Assembly (NCBI RefSeq): GCF_001194135.2
Contig: NC_069000.1
Location: 47,122,130-47,186,129 of the forward strand
Reading direction: 5' to 3'
DNA: 64,000 nt
Source: Octopus bimaculoides
Lineage: Eukaryota
Shown: positions 12,311 through 25,759 of the stretch, one piece after another
Position numbering within the stretch: position 1 is the stretch's first letter
How the letters are laid out: every line of letters starts with the position of its first letter
The notes under the pieces: model-generated
Databases searched by the model: none
What the model was told of the DNA's origin: nothing
Seen by the model: the letters and a program-made list of their open reading frames with translations, nothing else
Program-made: the position numbers and the translations under genes

Positions 12311-13547
12311 GGAAAGTAGAGGGGATGCATGAGGCATGTAATTAATGCAGTGAGAAGGTAGGAGATTAATTGAAGGTGGAACAGTAAATGAGAGTTGAAC
12401 AAGAGACAGGTGAAATGGTGAGTTGCACATAAGTGTGTGTGTGTGTGAGAGAGTGAGTGTGTGTGTGTGTGTATGTGTGTGGACAGGACTTACTTCACTG
12501 ATTGGCTATCATAAAGTGGATGGCTGGAAAAAAAGACAAAAAACACAAGAAAATTTGTAGGGCAAAGCAGTTATTTTAATCAGAATAGAGTTTAATTAGA
12601 AAATACTCAGAGTTGATTATTATTGAGTGTGAGTGCAGACTGAAGTGAGAGAGAGATAAGTATGTGGGGGGGGGGGGTAGATATCAACTGTCAGAGCTGG
12701 AATTTAAAGAAGTGGGAGAGCGGGGTGGATAGTAAAGTGGGTGGAGACACAAACATGAATCGGTTGAGTGACTCATGGCAGAAATAGCAACAGAGGACAC
12801 AGACAGACTGGACATGGCTATGTAAACAGTCATCACACAGAAGAAGAGGCAGTTTGTCTCACTGTCACAGGGTTCCGGCTTCAACCTCACTGCCTGATGT
12901 CTTGGACAACAAGTGACATTTACCAAAGTCTTGTAAGTCCGTTGGCCATTCCTGATTTGCCTTGGCAGACAGAAACCCTTGCAAGGTTTAATGCCACCCA
13001 CCTGGTTCAGTTTCTTATGTCTGGCAAACCCAGATAAGCTCCAATCTCATCATCCAGATATGTTTGTATCTCCAGCAAAGTGCAGCCTGTTACAAGTCTC
13101 TGTGACTAAATTCCTCACCAAACTAACAGTCATCATAGCATGAGACAAAATACCTTCTAGTATTTGTTTTAAGTCTCTAAACTCTAAGTTCAAATTCCAC
13201 CAAGATCAATTTTGCTTTCTGTTCTTTCTAGGTCAATAAAATAAAAAAGTATCAATGCAAAGTGGAACTGTAAGAACATGGGACCAGATAGCTTGTGATA
13301 TTTACTCTGATTCTTTGCATTCTGAGTTCAAATCCTATCATGGCCAACCTGATTGACAGACTTAATACCATCGCCTGGTTTTTATTGCTAGCAGTTATGT
13401 CAAGTGTCTGATATAAGGGTACCTACCTACCTCCCTCCCTTTCATCAGTCTCACAGACCCTGTAAAGGGCCACAAACATCATCTTCTCTCTTGAATAAAA
13501 GATAAAAACATTAAAAAACAAAAACCCAGTTTCAGAGTCCCTAGAAA

Positions 13548-13560
13548 AGGTCAAAGGTCA
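13548..13560 (+). promoter_or_regulatory. Perfect DR1 nuclear-receptor element (AGGTCA-a-AGGTCA) followed by E-box CAGCTG
   Basis: Exact sequence match. Function is inferred, not shown. Confidence 0.5.
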
Positions 13561-13789
13561 CAGCTGTCGCTCTCCTCCCTCTCAACATGAATTCCTTTTT
13601 GTGGAGAATGAAATAACTTTCTTCATTAGACACAGACACACAGACAGAGTGAAGTGCAGTAAATTACGACATTGTTGTTATACTCAACCATCACCTGACA
13701 GATCTTGAGGGGGTGTTGCATATCCCCCACCCCCACCCCGCCGGATACAAACTTGAGTGAGTCATAAGTGAAAGCTGATGTGCCCTTCC

Positions 13790-14105
13790 TTGTTGTTGTT
13801 GTATAACCCTAGGTCACTCCTGATCCAGCATACTTATGATCAAAGGTGTTCCAGTTGTGACTATCCAGTCTTTTATTGACATAGTGTATCTAGGACTGCA
13901 TTATCTAATGTGCCTGCCCTTGTTTAGCCCTAGGTCAGCCTTGAACCAGTCAATATATGAACAAAGACATTCCAGCAATGACCATCTTGACTGTTATAGA
14001 CACTGTATATCTAGAGAGGTGTCCTTCCTTTCTTAAGATAGTTGGGTGTTATTTCAGGGAGATTTGGCTGCTATTTTTAGCAGGTTGAGTGCCCCTGTAG
14101 AGAAT
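13790..14105 (-). mobile_element. Family G repeat with an internal duplication
   Basis: Reverse complement of 8215-8411, with the ccctaggtca...aaag..ttccag segment present twice. Confidence 0.65.
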
Positions 14106-14432
14106 TCCTCACAGGGCTTAAGAGACTAAGAATGTAATGAAAGCCACAGCGTATACATGTTGTTGCAAAGACTACAGTATGTATGAGATCACAGTATGGG
14201 CTACAGTGCAACGTGTGTTGTAGTAAAAGCTAGAGTAGAGTACAAAACTACAGGTCAGTGTTTAGTACACACAACTATTGCTACAAAGAGTGATTCACTG
14301 TAAACACGGAATCTGTCTAAATATTCTGTTTCCAATCATTTCCACAAAAACATTGCAGAAATTGGGGGGAAATTCCTTTTTTTCTTTTTTCTATATAATT
14401 TATTACCCCCATCACTGACACTTGTTTAGTCC

Positions 14433-14464
<32 letters not shown>

Positions 14465-14538
14465 AATCATCATCATCATCTCTTCAATAAAACTTTGACT
14501 TGCATCAGACANNNNNNNNNNTGACACTTGTTTAGTCC

Positions 14539-14570
<32 letters not shown>

Positions 14571-16547
14571 AATCATCATCATCATCTCTTCAATAAAACT
14601 TTGACTTGCATCAGACACACTGGCAGACCCCCCACACACACACATATTCCTGTTGTGTCATTTGTGTCATAAAGTCATCAACAGTTGCAACAACAAAGTG
14701 GAGAGTTGTTGCTGCCAACACTTTTGATAACATTGCTCTACAGAATTCATTCCAGCTTTCTTGGTTCTGAGTTCAAATTCCACCGAGGTCAACTTTGTCT
14801 TTCGTCCAGTCAAGTGGGAACTGTTGTTGATCCAGCAGACTGAGGCGTGTAGAAGCAAGCAACTGCATTGATTACACAAGGACTATAGTGTCACCTAAAC
14901 TCATGATTATACAATTGCATGGCTGCCGGTCAGTAGAATAGGATTGTAACTGCAGGCGGATGTTAAACGATGATGATGATGATGATGATGCTGATACTCA
15001 CAGCAAAGTTCAAGCAATGGGGAATATGGAGTAACAACAGATGATCTGCTGCCAATTACAGACAGCAACGTGAACCGAAACTAGCATCACTAACAACAAC
15101 AACAACAACAGCAGTGGGAATAAGAGTTGAGGGACACTGGTGTCCAGTGGGCAAGAGTGCAATGGTCAGTTTTGAAGAGGAAGTGAAATGGTTATCATGG
15201 TGGCCATCAGATGTTGAGATTAGGAAGGTCAGATGCAGATGAGATAGCTTACAAGAAATTATCCATTAAGCTAACAATAAAACATTTGAAGTTAATTAAA
15301 TATGGTAAATACAGGAAAGAGGGTGGGGGTGAGGGAGACATGCTAATTAGAATATGTCCATGAAACAACAACAACAACAATTGTCATATAGGACCATGGC
15401 TAATGACAAATCAGAATTAGAAACAAGGTCATGTGACTATAAGAGACAGATAACACCGAAGGCAAGGAGGAAAAATAGCTAGCATCATCATCATCATCAT
15501 CATCAAAACTTTGCTGTTGTTGCTGTTGTTGTTCTTGTCATTGTCAACCAAATCTACAGCTAATATTTTTTCCATATCTTGAGCAAGAATGTTGTCATCA
15601 CTTCGCCCATCAACTTGAAGGAGAGGTAAGGTAGTAGTGGCATGGTGGTGGTGATGGTACTGAAGTGGTGTTGGTGGTGGCAGTGGTGGTAACAGCAGTG
15701 GTGATGATAGTCAAGGAAAGATGATGGTGGTGGTGGTGGTGGTGGTGGTCACTGTCATCATCGTTGTTGTCATGGTGATAGTGGTGTTACTAGAAAGCAG
15801 CTAACCGAACTACAAGACAGGGAGACTTAGCTTCCTGTCCTTAATAGAAGCCATCAATATGACTGATGAGTGACAAGAGAGTTAATCAAGGTGAGTGATA
15901 AGAGAGCTAATCCAGTCATCACTGTAAACAAGGAAATGTCATATCATAAATTTAATCACACACATACATACATACAAAATATACACACATACATGCACAC
16001 ACACACACACACATACAACATACATACATATATATATACACCAGTATTACACAGCAAATAAAGAATTTCAAAAACTGGCTGTGTGTGTAGGTGAGGGTGT
16101 GTGTGTGTGTGTGTTCACACACAAGATGAAGAGAGGATTTATCTAAACTGAGATATGTTAATCTGAAAATTACACTTGCTTGGCTGACTGAGAACACACA
16201 CACTTTATTACAAGAGACCTACAATCATTTATACATTCTTATGAGCTCATATAAGTATGTATATATATGTATATATATATACACACATACACCAGCTATG
16301 ACGTGTATGAATAAAATTTTAGGTATGCTGCTCAATGGCTCCTAGGTGGGTGTATATGCATGTATTACTAGCTTCAAGAAAAAGCCAACATAACAGAAAC
16401 AAAACTTGGTCTCTGACACATCTTGGAGGTCAGTCATTCCAAACAAGAACGGACTTGGATAATGGCAACTTGTCCAACCCATGTCAGTATGGAAAAGTGG
16501 CCAGATGATGATGATGATGGTGATTTTGTATACACACCCATATATTT

Positions 16548-16655
<108 letters not shown>

Positions 16656-17309
16656 CATCATCATCATTGTTTTTAATGTCCTCCTTTTACAGGCTTGCAT
16701 AGAGTGAACAGAGCTCCTTGAAGCAGATTTTTGTTGGCCAGAAGCCCTTTCTGTTGCCAACCTTCACTTGTTTCCATATAAGGTAATATTTCCCCATAGA
16801 CAGACATGTTGTCAAGGACAACACTACTTGTATGAAACCAGAAAAAAACAAAGAAAGAAAGGGAAAAAAATAATGTGGCTGACACTTAACAACATATTCA
16901 TTTAGGAAATTTCTACGTGACCCCTCAACCTGTAAGAAATAACAGCCAAATCTCCCTCAAATCACAACCCAACTTTACACGTGTTTGCAATAGTTCACCA
17001 GGTCATAGCAGATGGTAACTGTTTCCAATATTCAGCCAGGAATTACTAAAAGGTGCCGTTAATGTTCAAGAATTGCTGTGCATCTCCCTCCCATCTTGTT
17101 GGATAACTGCAATTGTCTGCCACTGTTTAACGAAAACATTTCGTTTGACAAGAATCTGTTTCCATCAGCCATTCTGCCAAATGGCTTTGTCCTGGCTTAG
17201 AGTTATGTCTTTTACTGATGGAGTGAAGGGTGGCAGACCAACCCTGATAGCAAAATACCCCAAGGTATTGGCATGGAAGTTTGACTAATTCATATAAAAG
17301 AATAACAAT

Positions 17310-17523
17310 TCTTACTCATTTTGGCACAAGGTCTGCAAATTTAGGGGGAAGGGGGTCAGTCGATTACATCAACCCCACTATTCAACTGGTACTTTATTTT
17401 ATTGACCCCCAAAAGGATAAAAAGTGAAGTTGACCTTGGCAGATTTTGAATTTGAAATGCAAAGACTGACAAACTGCCATGAAGAATTTGGCCCAGTATG
17501 CTAACGATTCCACCAGCTCACCA
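17310..17523 (-). mobile_element. tRNA-derived SINE, family A
   Basis: Reverse complement of the family A repeat, ending gctaacgattccaccagctcacc. Confidence 0.75.
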
Positions 17524-17564
17524 CCATAATGATGATGATGATGATGATGATAATATTTACACTC

Positions 17565-17715
17565 AGGGATGGTTAAGAAGTTTCCTTAAAAATATGTGGT
17601 TTCATGTTCAGTCCAACAGCATGGCACTCTTGCTCAGTGTCTTTTACTATAACCTCAGGCTGACCAACATCTTGTGAGGTGATTTGGTAGGTGAAAACTG
17701 TGTAGAAGCACATGG
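17565..17715 (+). mobile_element. tRNA-derived SINE, family B (5' part)
   Basis: ggttaagaagttt...gttcagtcc...gtgtcttttactataacctcaggctgacc...gatttggtag matches family B. Confidence 0.65.
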
Positions 17716-17780
17716 TGCGTGTGTATAGACAGAGAGCTAGAGAGAGAACTATAAGGATGCAAGTGTGTGTCTATGAATAA

Positions 17781-17816
<36 letters not shown>

Positions 17817-19364
17817 ACGAGTATGTGTGAGTGTGTATGTGTAAAAAGCACTTCTTGTATAAACCAAGAGATACCATTGGAGCGATGTTCACACAGTTCT
17901 CCATTTTAATGGCAATACAGGTTTGACCAGATCACCATTAGTCAATGAGAAGAGACTTAAATAACAGACAAGCTATTGTAACTCCAACCATGTCCTTCCA
18001 GTTCTAAACAACTTTTCTGTGTCTTTCAATATGTTTTATTGTTAAATCTCTCTTTTCTAGTCCTTCAGTAGTACTCTCCCCCCACCACCCTTTCTCTCTC
18101 TCTCTCTCTCTCTCACGGATACACAATGGTCTTGAGAAAAATCAATCTAATCTTAGATACACAACACCTGAATAAAAGCCAGATCAATTACTCTTTAAAC
18201 ATCTTTAATGTGGGAGGTGGGGTTGGGGACTGCATGATGGCAACTGCCTCAGGGTTAAACAACAACAACAAGCAAAAGAAACAACACATTAGATATCATC
18301 ATCATCATCATCATCATTTTAATGTCCAATTTTCCATGCTTGGACAGACCAGATGATATTCATTCAGCCAGATTTTCTGTAATCAGATGCCCTTTCTGTC
18401 AGCAATCCTCTCCTGTTTTGAAACAGGGTAATATTTCCCGTATGACCAGACAAGCTTTCGCTGAGAATTGGAAACAAAGGACACTGCTTGTATACTGGTG
18501 ACATTCGTTTACAACAATCACATGATGTCAAGGAGACAGTAACACATATATGAACATATATAAACATATATATGCATATATGAGACAGTAACATGCACAA
18601 ACACACACATACATACAAACATAGAGGTATATACACACATGTATATGCATACAGTGGGTTTCTCTTAGGTTCCATTGACCAAATCCACTCCCAAGGCTTT
18701 GGTCAGTCCAGGGCTATGATAGAAGACACTTGCCCTGGACGCCACTCAATGAGATTGAACCTGAAGCCCCATGGTTCAGAAATGATCTTCTCAACTGCAC
18801 AGCTCTGCCTGCTTCTAGGTAACTGTTTCTAATTTAGGAACAGGGTCAGTACTTTTAGGAGGGGGGGTCATCATTTAAATCAACCGCAGAAACTGACCAG
18901 TACTTTATTTTATCGACGCCCAGAATTGTGAAGGGCAACGTTGACCCTGACCGGATTTGAACTCAGAATCTAAGCATTCAGATACATTTGGTAAAGTGAT
19001 CCTAAAGACACCATGTTTGATAAAAAGATGGGATGGTCATGGCTGGAGTGCGAGTTGAGGCAGGAGAAAACAAATGTCGATCAAACGTGAATCAATTTAG
19101 ATGGAATATGATAACATTGGTGAGAGGTTATCAACTGCTGCGGTCAAACTGTTGTTTTCAGTCAAAGCAACATTATAGGCCCCGGAGTAAATCAACACGC
19201 TGGGCCCTATAGTATTTATTTATTGACAATAAACCACAGAATACATAGATCGGAATTGGGCCTCTCCACCCGTAAGAACCCTGGGTAACTGGCCAGTGTG
19301 TCTATGCCTTAAGACGGCCCTGTACACACACACACACACAAAGCACAGAGGTGCACAACGCATA

Positions 19365-19377
19365 TGACCTGAGGTCA
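19365..19377. promoter_or_regulatory. Perfect everted repeat ER1 (TGACCT-g-AGGTCA)
   Basis: Exact sequence match inside a CpG-richer part of ZDHHC intron 1. Function is inferred. Confidence 0.35.
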
Positions 19378-20068
19378 GGACATCTCTTACGAAACTGCGC
19401 CAAAAAATACTAACACGAACGTATACGTACGTACGTACGTACGTACGTACATAGACAAACATAGACAACATACATGTACGCATTACATACATATAAACAC
19501 TACGTGCATCAACACAGTTCATATACACTCCCTATACACTCGTCAAAACTATGTTACACACACGAAGGGCATTAAACACATACATTCACACAATCACGTA
19601 CACAGCTACACTACAAACACAGCCATTATTGTTGTTGGTATTACAATTATTGTTTTGTTGCTGCTAAACTTGTTATTTAGCATAAACTCAGATCTATGAG
19701 CGAAGCCATTTCAAGCGTGACCACCCCGACTCTTATTTTAGTTCACAATGCAGGCAAGACACCGTCACCCAATATGTTCCTCCCTTTTTTTAAGACAGCA
19801 AGATATAAACTGAGGGAGATTTGATTGCTATTTCTAGCGAAGTGAGGCAGCATCTTCAGTTCGATTTTGTGACTACTGCCTGGACTGTTATTGAGTGCGA
19901 ATCCCAGGTCAGTTGTCCTTGAGTAAACCTATGTCTTGGGTGATATCTCTATTAGTGTTACTCAAGTGCAATATGATGCAGCGTTAATGCATATCGAGTG
20001 TCACTTAAGGTAAACACTTACAATGATTGAAGTGGCGGGTAAATTTGAGTGAGGCCATATATACATAA

Positions 20069-20111
<43 letters not shown>

Positions 20112-20800
20112 NNNNNNNNNNNNNNNNNNNNNNNNNNNNNNNNNNNNNNNNNNNNNNNNNNNNNNNNNNNNNNNNNNNNNNNNNNNNNNNNNNNNNNNNN
20201 NNNNNNNNNNNNNNNNNNNNNNNNNNNNNNNNNNNNNNNNNNNNNNNNNNNNNNNNNNNNNNNNNNNNNNNNNNNNNNNNNNNNNNNNNNNNNNNNNNNN
20301 NNNNNNNNNNNNNNNNNNNNNNNNNNNNNNNNNNNNNNNNNNNNNNNNNNNNNNNNNNNNNNNNNNNNNNNNNNNNNNNNNNNNNNNNNNNNNNNNNNNN
20401 NNNNNNNNNNNNNNNNNNNNNNNNNNNNNNNNNNNNNNNNNNNNNNNNNNNNNNNNNNNNNNNNNNNNNNNNNNNNNNNNNNNNNNNNNNNNNNNNNNNN
20501 NNNNNNNNNNNNNNNNNNNNNNNNNNNNNNNNNNNNNNNNNNNNNNNNNNNNNNNNNNNNNNNNNNNNNNNNNNNNNNNNNNNNNNNNNNNNNNNNNNNN
20601 NNNNNNNNNNNNNNNNNNNNNNNNNNNNNNNNNNNNNNNNNNNNNNNNNNNNNNNNNNNNNNNNNNNNNNNNNNNNNNNNNNNNNNNNNNNNNNNNNNNN
20701 NNNNNNNNNNNNNNNNNNNNNNNNNNNNNNNNNNNNNNNNNNNNNNNNNNNNNNNNNNNNNNNNNNNNNNNNNNNNNNNNNNNNNNNNNNNNNNNNNNNN
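20112..20800. other. Assembly gap (N run) inside ZDHHC intron 1
   Basis: Continuous N run flanked by (AT)n. Confidence 1.
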
Positions 20801-22021
20801 ATATATATATATATATATATATATATACTGTAAGACTCTGTGTGTGTGTGTGGACGAGTGCTGGAGATTCTAGTTACAAACCCATAGCCATGAAAAGTAT
20901 TTACTAAACACCCACACATGATATATCAGCAACATCGGACATCGTAATAATTGTGTTGAACGTGAAGAGAATAAATAATACGTATGTAGATATGTGTATG
21001 TATATATGTGTGTATGAGTAATGTATGTAGATATATACGTACGTAGAATATATGTATGTGTATGTACGTATACAGGTAGCAATGCATAAGTATGTAATTT
21101 GTGTTATGCCAAAGTGTTTGTCGATCGAATGAAAGCGAAGGCATTCAGCATTGAGTCATGTTCACGCCATTTAAGAAATATCTATGAATTCCTCATCCAA
21201 GACATTTATTTCACTGTAATTAAGGGACTAGGAGGGTAAAACCACACATTTTTATCCTGGTGATTAATAGAGAGGACTTTGCTAATCCGAGCAGCGAACC
21301 GTCTTCAACCAACATACACACATACTTATATGTGTGTATACACAAACACACACACAGGACATAGTTTTGTCAAGACGGAATAAACAACAATGTCAAACAA
21401 ATCGCAACGATTCTAAAATAAAACATAATTATTGCCAAAACATTGCCAATTTAGTTGAAAAGCAAACGATACGACCCCGAGTTCAAATACCAATAATGAT
21501 TGCCAAAAAATAAGGTACCAGTCATACATTGGGCTGAAGTAATCGAGAAGCCCCCTCCCCCTAAATGACTGGCCTTGTGTCTAAACTAGAATTATTATAA
21601 CTATTATCATTTTAATTATTTACTGACAGAATTAATACAGCGACAGATGATTATAAACATCTGACAGCGCTTTTACCTAGTAACGATCTTTTGAAGTTAC
21701 GAGTTCAAATCGCTGCCGGGTTGACATTCTCTCTCAACCTTCCGGGTCCGCGAGAAACAAAGTACCAGTTACATACTGGTGTGATTACGACTTCTAATTC
21801 ACCAGTACCTCATCAAATAGAAAAGGACGTGGTCCTGTAACTCTACGAGAATCTATCGTTTATCATTCTAATTATTATTGTGCTGCTATCCGCCCACACA
21901 TGTCTAGTAAAAGGTTGGGATGTGTTTGTATGAACGTCTCTCTTTGTCGCTCTTAACGAATCGGTATCGGAAAGAAAATAGACAAACGAGGGGGAAAGAG
22001 GAAAAAAAAACTTCTCCTTAC

Positions 22022-22140
22022 GTGTCGGACATCACGGGGATGACCAGGTGTCGGACAACGGCATAATCAGCGTAGAGGAGGGCTCCATAGGTAATTAGTA
22101 AACACACTATACCGCACGGGTCGGAACGAAACACTGCCAT
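22022..22140 (-). CDS. ZDHHC3: ZDHHC3/7-family palmitoyltransferase, coding exon 1 (MAVFRSDPCGIVCLLITYGALLYADYAVVRHLVIPVMSD+T)
   Basis: ATG at 22140 in context gccaagATGG and donor GTAAGG at 22021. The N-terminal DPCGI.C...TY..V.YAD signature is typical of invertebrate ZDHHC3/7-like PATs. Orthology within the 3/7 group was not tested. Intron 1 is 13,166 nt. Confidence 0.9.
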
Positions 22141-22260
22141 CTTGGCTCCTTCATAATTCTCAGCAGAAACGATCAGCTCGGTGTTGATTGGTCGAAAAGG
22201 ATTTGCTCTGTTGACCCACTCCACACCTCAATCAGCTGATATGGCAACTAATAGCCATAA
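22136..22260 (-). promoter_or_regulatory. Probable 5' UTR / proximal promoter of the ZDHHC gene
   Basis: YY1-like CAAGATGGC over the start codon, CCAAT at 22191-22187 on the minus strand, and local CpG enrichment. No upstream acceptor was recognised. Confidence 0.45.
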
Positions 22261-23581
22261 TATGCACGCATGCACACACCTATGCACACAATACATACAT
22301 ACACACAACCAATACACACGCTTGCACAACATAATATACACAAACACACGCACATACACACAACATAGATGTACATACACTTACACACAAGACACAAACA
22401 CACATACACACTCACAGCATACACACACACACATACACATACAACATACACACGTACTCACGCACACAAACACACGCACAACAAACACACATACACACAA
22501 ACGCTTATACACACACATTCTAATTAATTAAGACTGTAATTAGTTTTGTAAAGGATTTCGTAAGGCTGGGTCATCTGGTCAACGGTGTCCGATGTAAGAC
22601 CCGAAAACATCTTTGGTGAGGCATTGTTGATACATCTCCGATGTATTGAGCGAGGAACGAAGTATGTTTGTGTGGCTGTATATATCTATATATATATATA
22701 TAATATGTGTACGTTTATAGATGTGTGTGTATGGAAGACTGTGTTACACGTGTGTGTGTGTGTGTGTGTGTGTGATTTATTGCGGTGCCTCAAAAAAAGA
22801 TTTAGAGCCGACCTGTTGTTAAGGGTGTGGCCAACCGTTGCTATGCAATAAACAAAATCGAACATGAGAGAGACAGAGAGAGACAGACAGACAGGGAATT
22901 GAGGAGGTTCGATCTCGATTCGTTTGCATCTTGTGGGTGGGGAGGGACTTTTTTAAATTTAATGTCGGCAGCTCAAATCTTGATATTTTGATACTGTTTG
23001 TGGTCAACACAACAATCGATTCTCACTGTAACATGTTGATCATACACACACGTGTGTGTGGGGGGCGGTGCATGACGAGTTTCTGCACAGTTTCCATCTT
23101 CTAATGACCCATTACTCAGGTTTGTGAGTGTATGTGTGCATATAAGCTCTGCAGCTGATTATGATGCAAGCCAAAGAAGGACTTCTACATGCTCGCTTGA
23201 CTTGCTAGAAACAGCAGCCAAATTCCACTCAACTACAACACAACAATAGTTCACACCCTGTTTATTACCATTGGCCCCTTATATTTAAATGAATTTCCCC
23301 CTTTGGGGCCTGGTCAGTCTCCTCAATGAACCGATTTTTAAAAGAAACAACAAACTCGTTTTCCTAGTTTCATCTGATAAAAATATTATGTAACTGAATA
23401 ACAATTATATATAACTGAGTAATTTTATGTAAATCAATAATTAAAAGTTTGACCTGGTAACCTTTTACAATTTTTAACACAGCTCAGAGATCACTCCCCA
23501 CCCCCAGGACGACAGCTGGTCAACAATGTTAAAAAGTGAAGGTGATAGAATAATATATTCTGGGATGTTCAGTCATGGTTT

Positions 23582-23642
<61 letters not shown>

Positions 23643-24284
23643 TAAAGAGAGAGAGAGAAAGAGAGAGAGAGAGATAGAGAGATGAACAGAAAGTGAATGT
23701 TCATGTAACTATTGCATTCAATTTGGCAAAAGATTGCTTTGGAACGATGGACTGACTGGTCGCCATAGCAACCAAAAAGAAGCATAGCAGAAGAGAAAGA
23801 GAGATGCACCATCTGAGGGGGGAGATGAAGACCCTCAATAAGCAGTTGATGAAAGGGAAAGCATCAGGGACTCAACAAGTCAGCTCTGTGAATGTCTGAG
23901 GAGGCTTAGAAGGGTAGAAAGCACCTAGAAGAGGAGGAGGAGGAGGAGGAGAGAGAGGGAGAGAGAGACCAAATGGACGCAATTTATCAAGAACCCTTTT
24001 AGGTTCACCAAAACACTTTTGGGGGAGACCAAATCAGTGAAATAGTCCAGCTCCGGAGAAGAGGTAGAAGCATTTCTGAGGGAGACCCACAATGATAACA
24101 CTCAGAAACTAAGTCCTTGATGTTAACCCAAATGTCTGTAGAACTTGAATACCAGGAAACAAGCTCAACTGTCCATCCTGGGAAAAAGTGGAAGAGGAGG
24201 TGGAAAAGGCCAGATCACAGGATCAGCTCCTGGCCCAAGGGGTATACCTTATAAAGTATACAAGAAATGCCCACAGCTCCTTTG

Positions 24285-24875
24285 GAGGCTGTGGTCACAT
24301 AAGAAGCATCAGATGCGGTGGTATAGTCATGTGTTGCAAATGGATGAGGACAGCTGTGTGAAAAAGTGTCACACCCTAGCAGTTAGGGAACCTGTGGAAG
24401 AGGTAGACCCAAAAAGACCTGGGATGAGGTGGTGAAGCACAACCTTTGAATGTTGGGCCTCACGGATGCAATGACGAGCAGCTGAGACCTTTGGAGATAT
24501 GATGTGCTTGAGAAGATCCGGCAAGCCAAGTGAGACCATAACCGTAGCCTATGCCAGTGTAGCATAACCGGCCCATTTAAGAGTACCCTTCCATCATTGG
24601 GCAAGGAACTGTGCTTGAGAAGACCTGTTGAGTCAAGGGAAATCATTGTCATAGCCGACTGCAGTACTGCCTGACTGGCACCTGTACCGGTGGCACATAA
24701 AAAGCACCCACTACACTCTCGGAGTGGTTGGCATTAGGAAGGGCATCCAGTTGTAGAAACATTGCCAGATCAGATTGGAGTCTGGTACAGACTTCTGGTT
24801 TGCCAGTCCCCAGTCAAACCGTCCAACCCATGCCAGCATGGAAAGCGGACGTAAAATGATGATGATGATGATGAT
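24285..24875 (+). mobile_element. 5'-truncated RTE-clade LINE (ORF C-terminus plus 3' UTR with (GAT)n tail)
   Basis: Degenerate peptide MRWYSHVLQMDEDSCVKKCHTL resembles the RTE C-terminal RW.GHV.R motif. The 3' end ...aacccatgccagcatggaaagcggacgt(a)aaatgatgatgat is shared with many copies. Confidence 0.85.
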
Positions 24876-25078
24876 ATATATATATATATATATGTACACA
24901 CATACATATATACATGTATGTGTCTTGGGCGTGTGTGTGTGTGTGTGTGTGCTTCCCAACTACTTGGTTCCAGGTTCAGTCCTACGGTTCAGTACCTTGG
25001 AAAAGTGTCTTCCACTCTAGTCCTAGGTTGACCAAAAACTTGTGAGTGAATTTAGCAGATGGTGACAGAAAGGAGTCC

Positions 25079-25115
<37 letters not shown>

Positions 25116-25128
25116 ACACACACGCACG

Positions 25129-25171
<43 letters not shown>

Positions 25172-25759
25172 TATAACATGACTGTGGTCAGATGTCTCTG
25201 GCGATTGTTCTCTAGACTAAATCTAAACACAGTATGTTCATATATTTTACAGACTGAGTTGAAAAGCAACAAGTGTCTCAGATTTGACATGCAATTAGAC
25301 AAACGGGCAAAGATTCCTTCATGGCTGAAACAAGGAGCAAAGGAGATAACTGCAATGGTATTTTTATTATTTGGAAACCAAAGAAAACATTATGCGAGAG
25401 TGAACCTCTTCCTTACACACACACACACGCACGCACGCATGTACGCACGCACACACACGTGAATGTGTGTGTGTGTGTATTGTCCTCCACCAACTTCCTG
25501 TCCCAGTTGTCCTTCCTTAGCTGTGGTTTCTTATCAATGAACAACAGTTTGTTAATTCTGAAGTCATTTCCTGTCACCAATTTGTTAATTTACAAATGTT
25601 TCAACATCCGCTTGTCCACGCTTGCATAGATTGGGCGCTCGATGCTCTTCCTGTTCCCATCCCTTACATGTTTTCAAGTAAAATAATAATATTTCCCCAA
25701 GATAAGACATGTTTTCACATAAGACAGGAAACAGAGGTTACCTGTTGCAGGACTTTGTC

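Noticed and set aside
12684-13037. Overlapping 89-105 aa ORFs
   Set aside because: The sequence resembles a degenerate family B SINE head (ggttccggcttcaacctcactg...accaaagtcttgtaag) and has no recognisable protein motif.
14416-14617. Exact 96-nt direct duplication
   Set aside because: The two copies flank a 10-N gap, typical of unmerged overlapping contig ends (assembly artefact).
22141-22224. In-frame GTG-initiated 28-aa N-terminal extension of ZDHHC suggested by the ORF track
   Set aside because: Family similarity begins at the ATG at 22140, which has good context. An 84-nt open stretch is expected by chance.
22568-22581. Imperfect DR2 (GGGTCA-tc-TGGTCA) near the ZDHHC promoter, and imperfect DR0 AGGTCA-AGGACA at 27760-27771
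   Set aside because: One-mismatch pairs are common by chance. They are worth testing only if the perfect elements prove functional.
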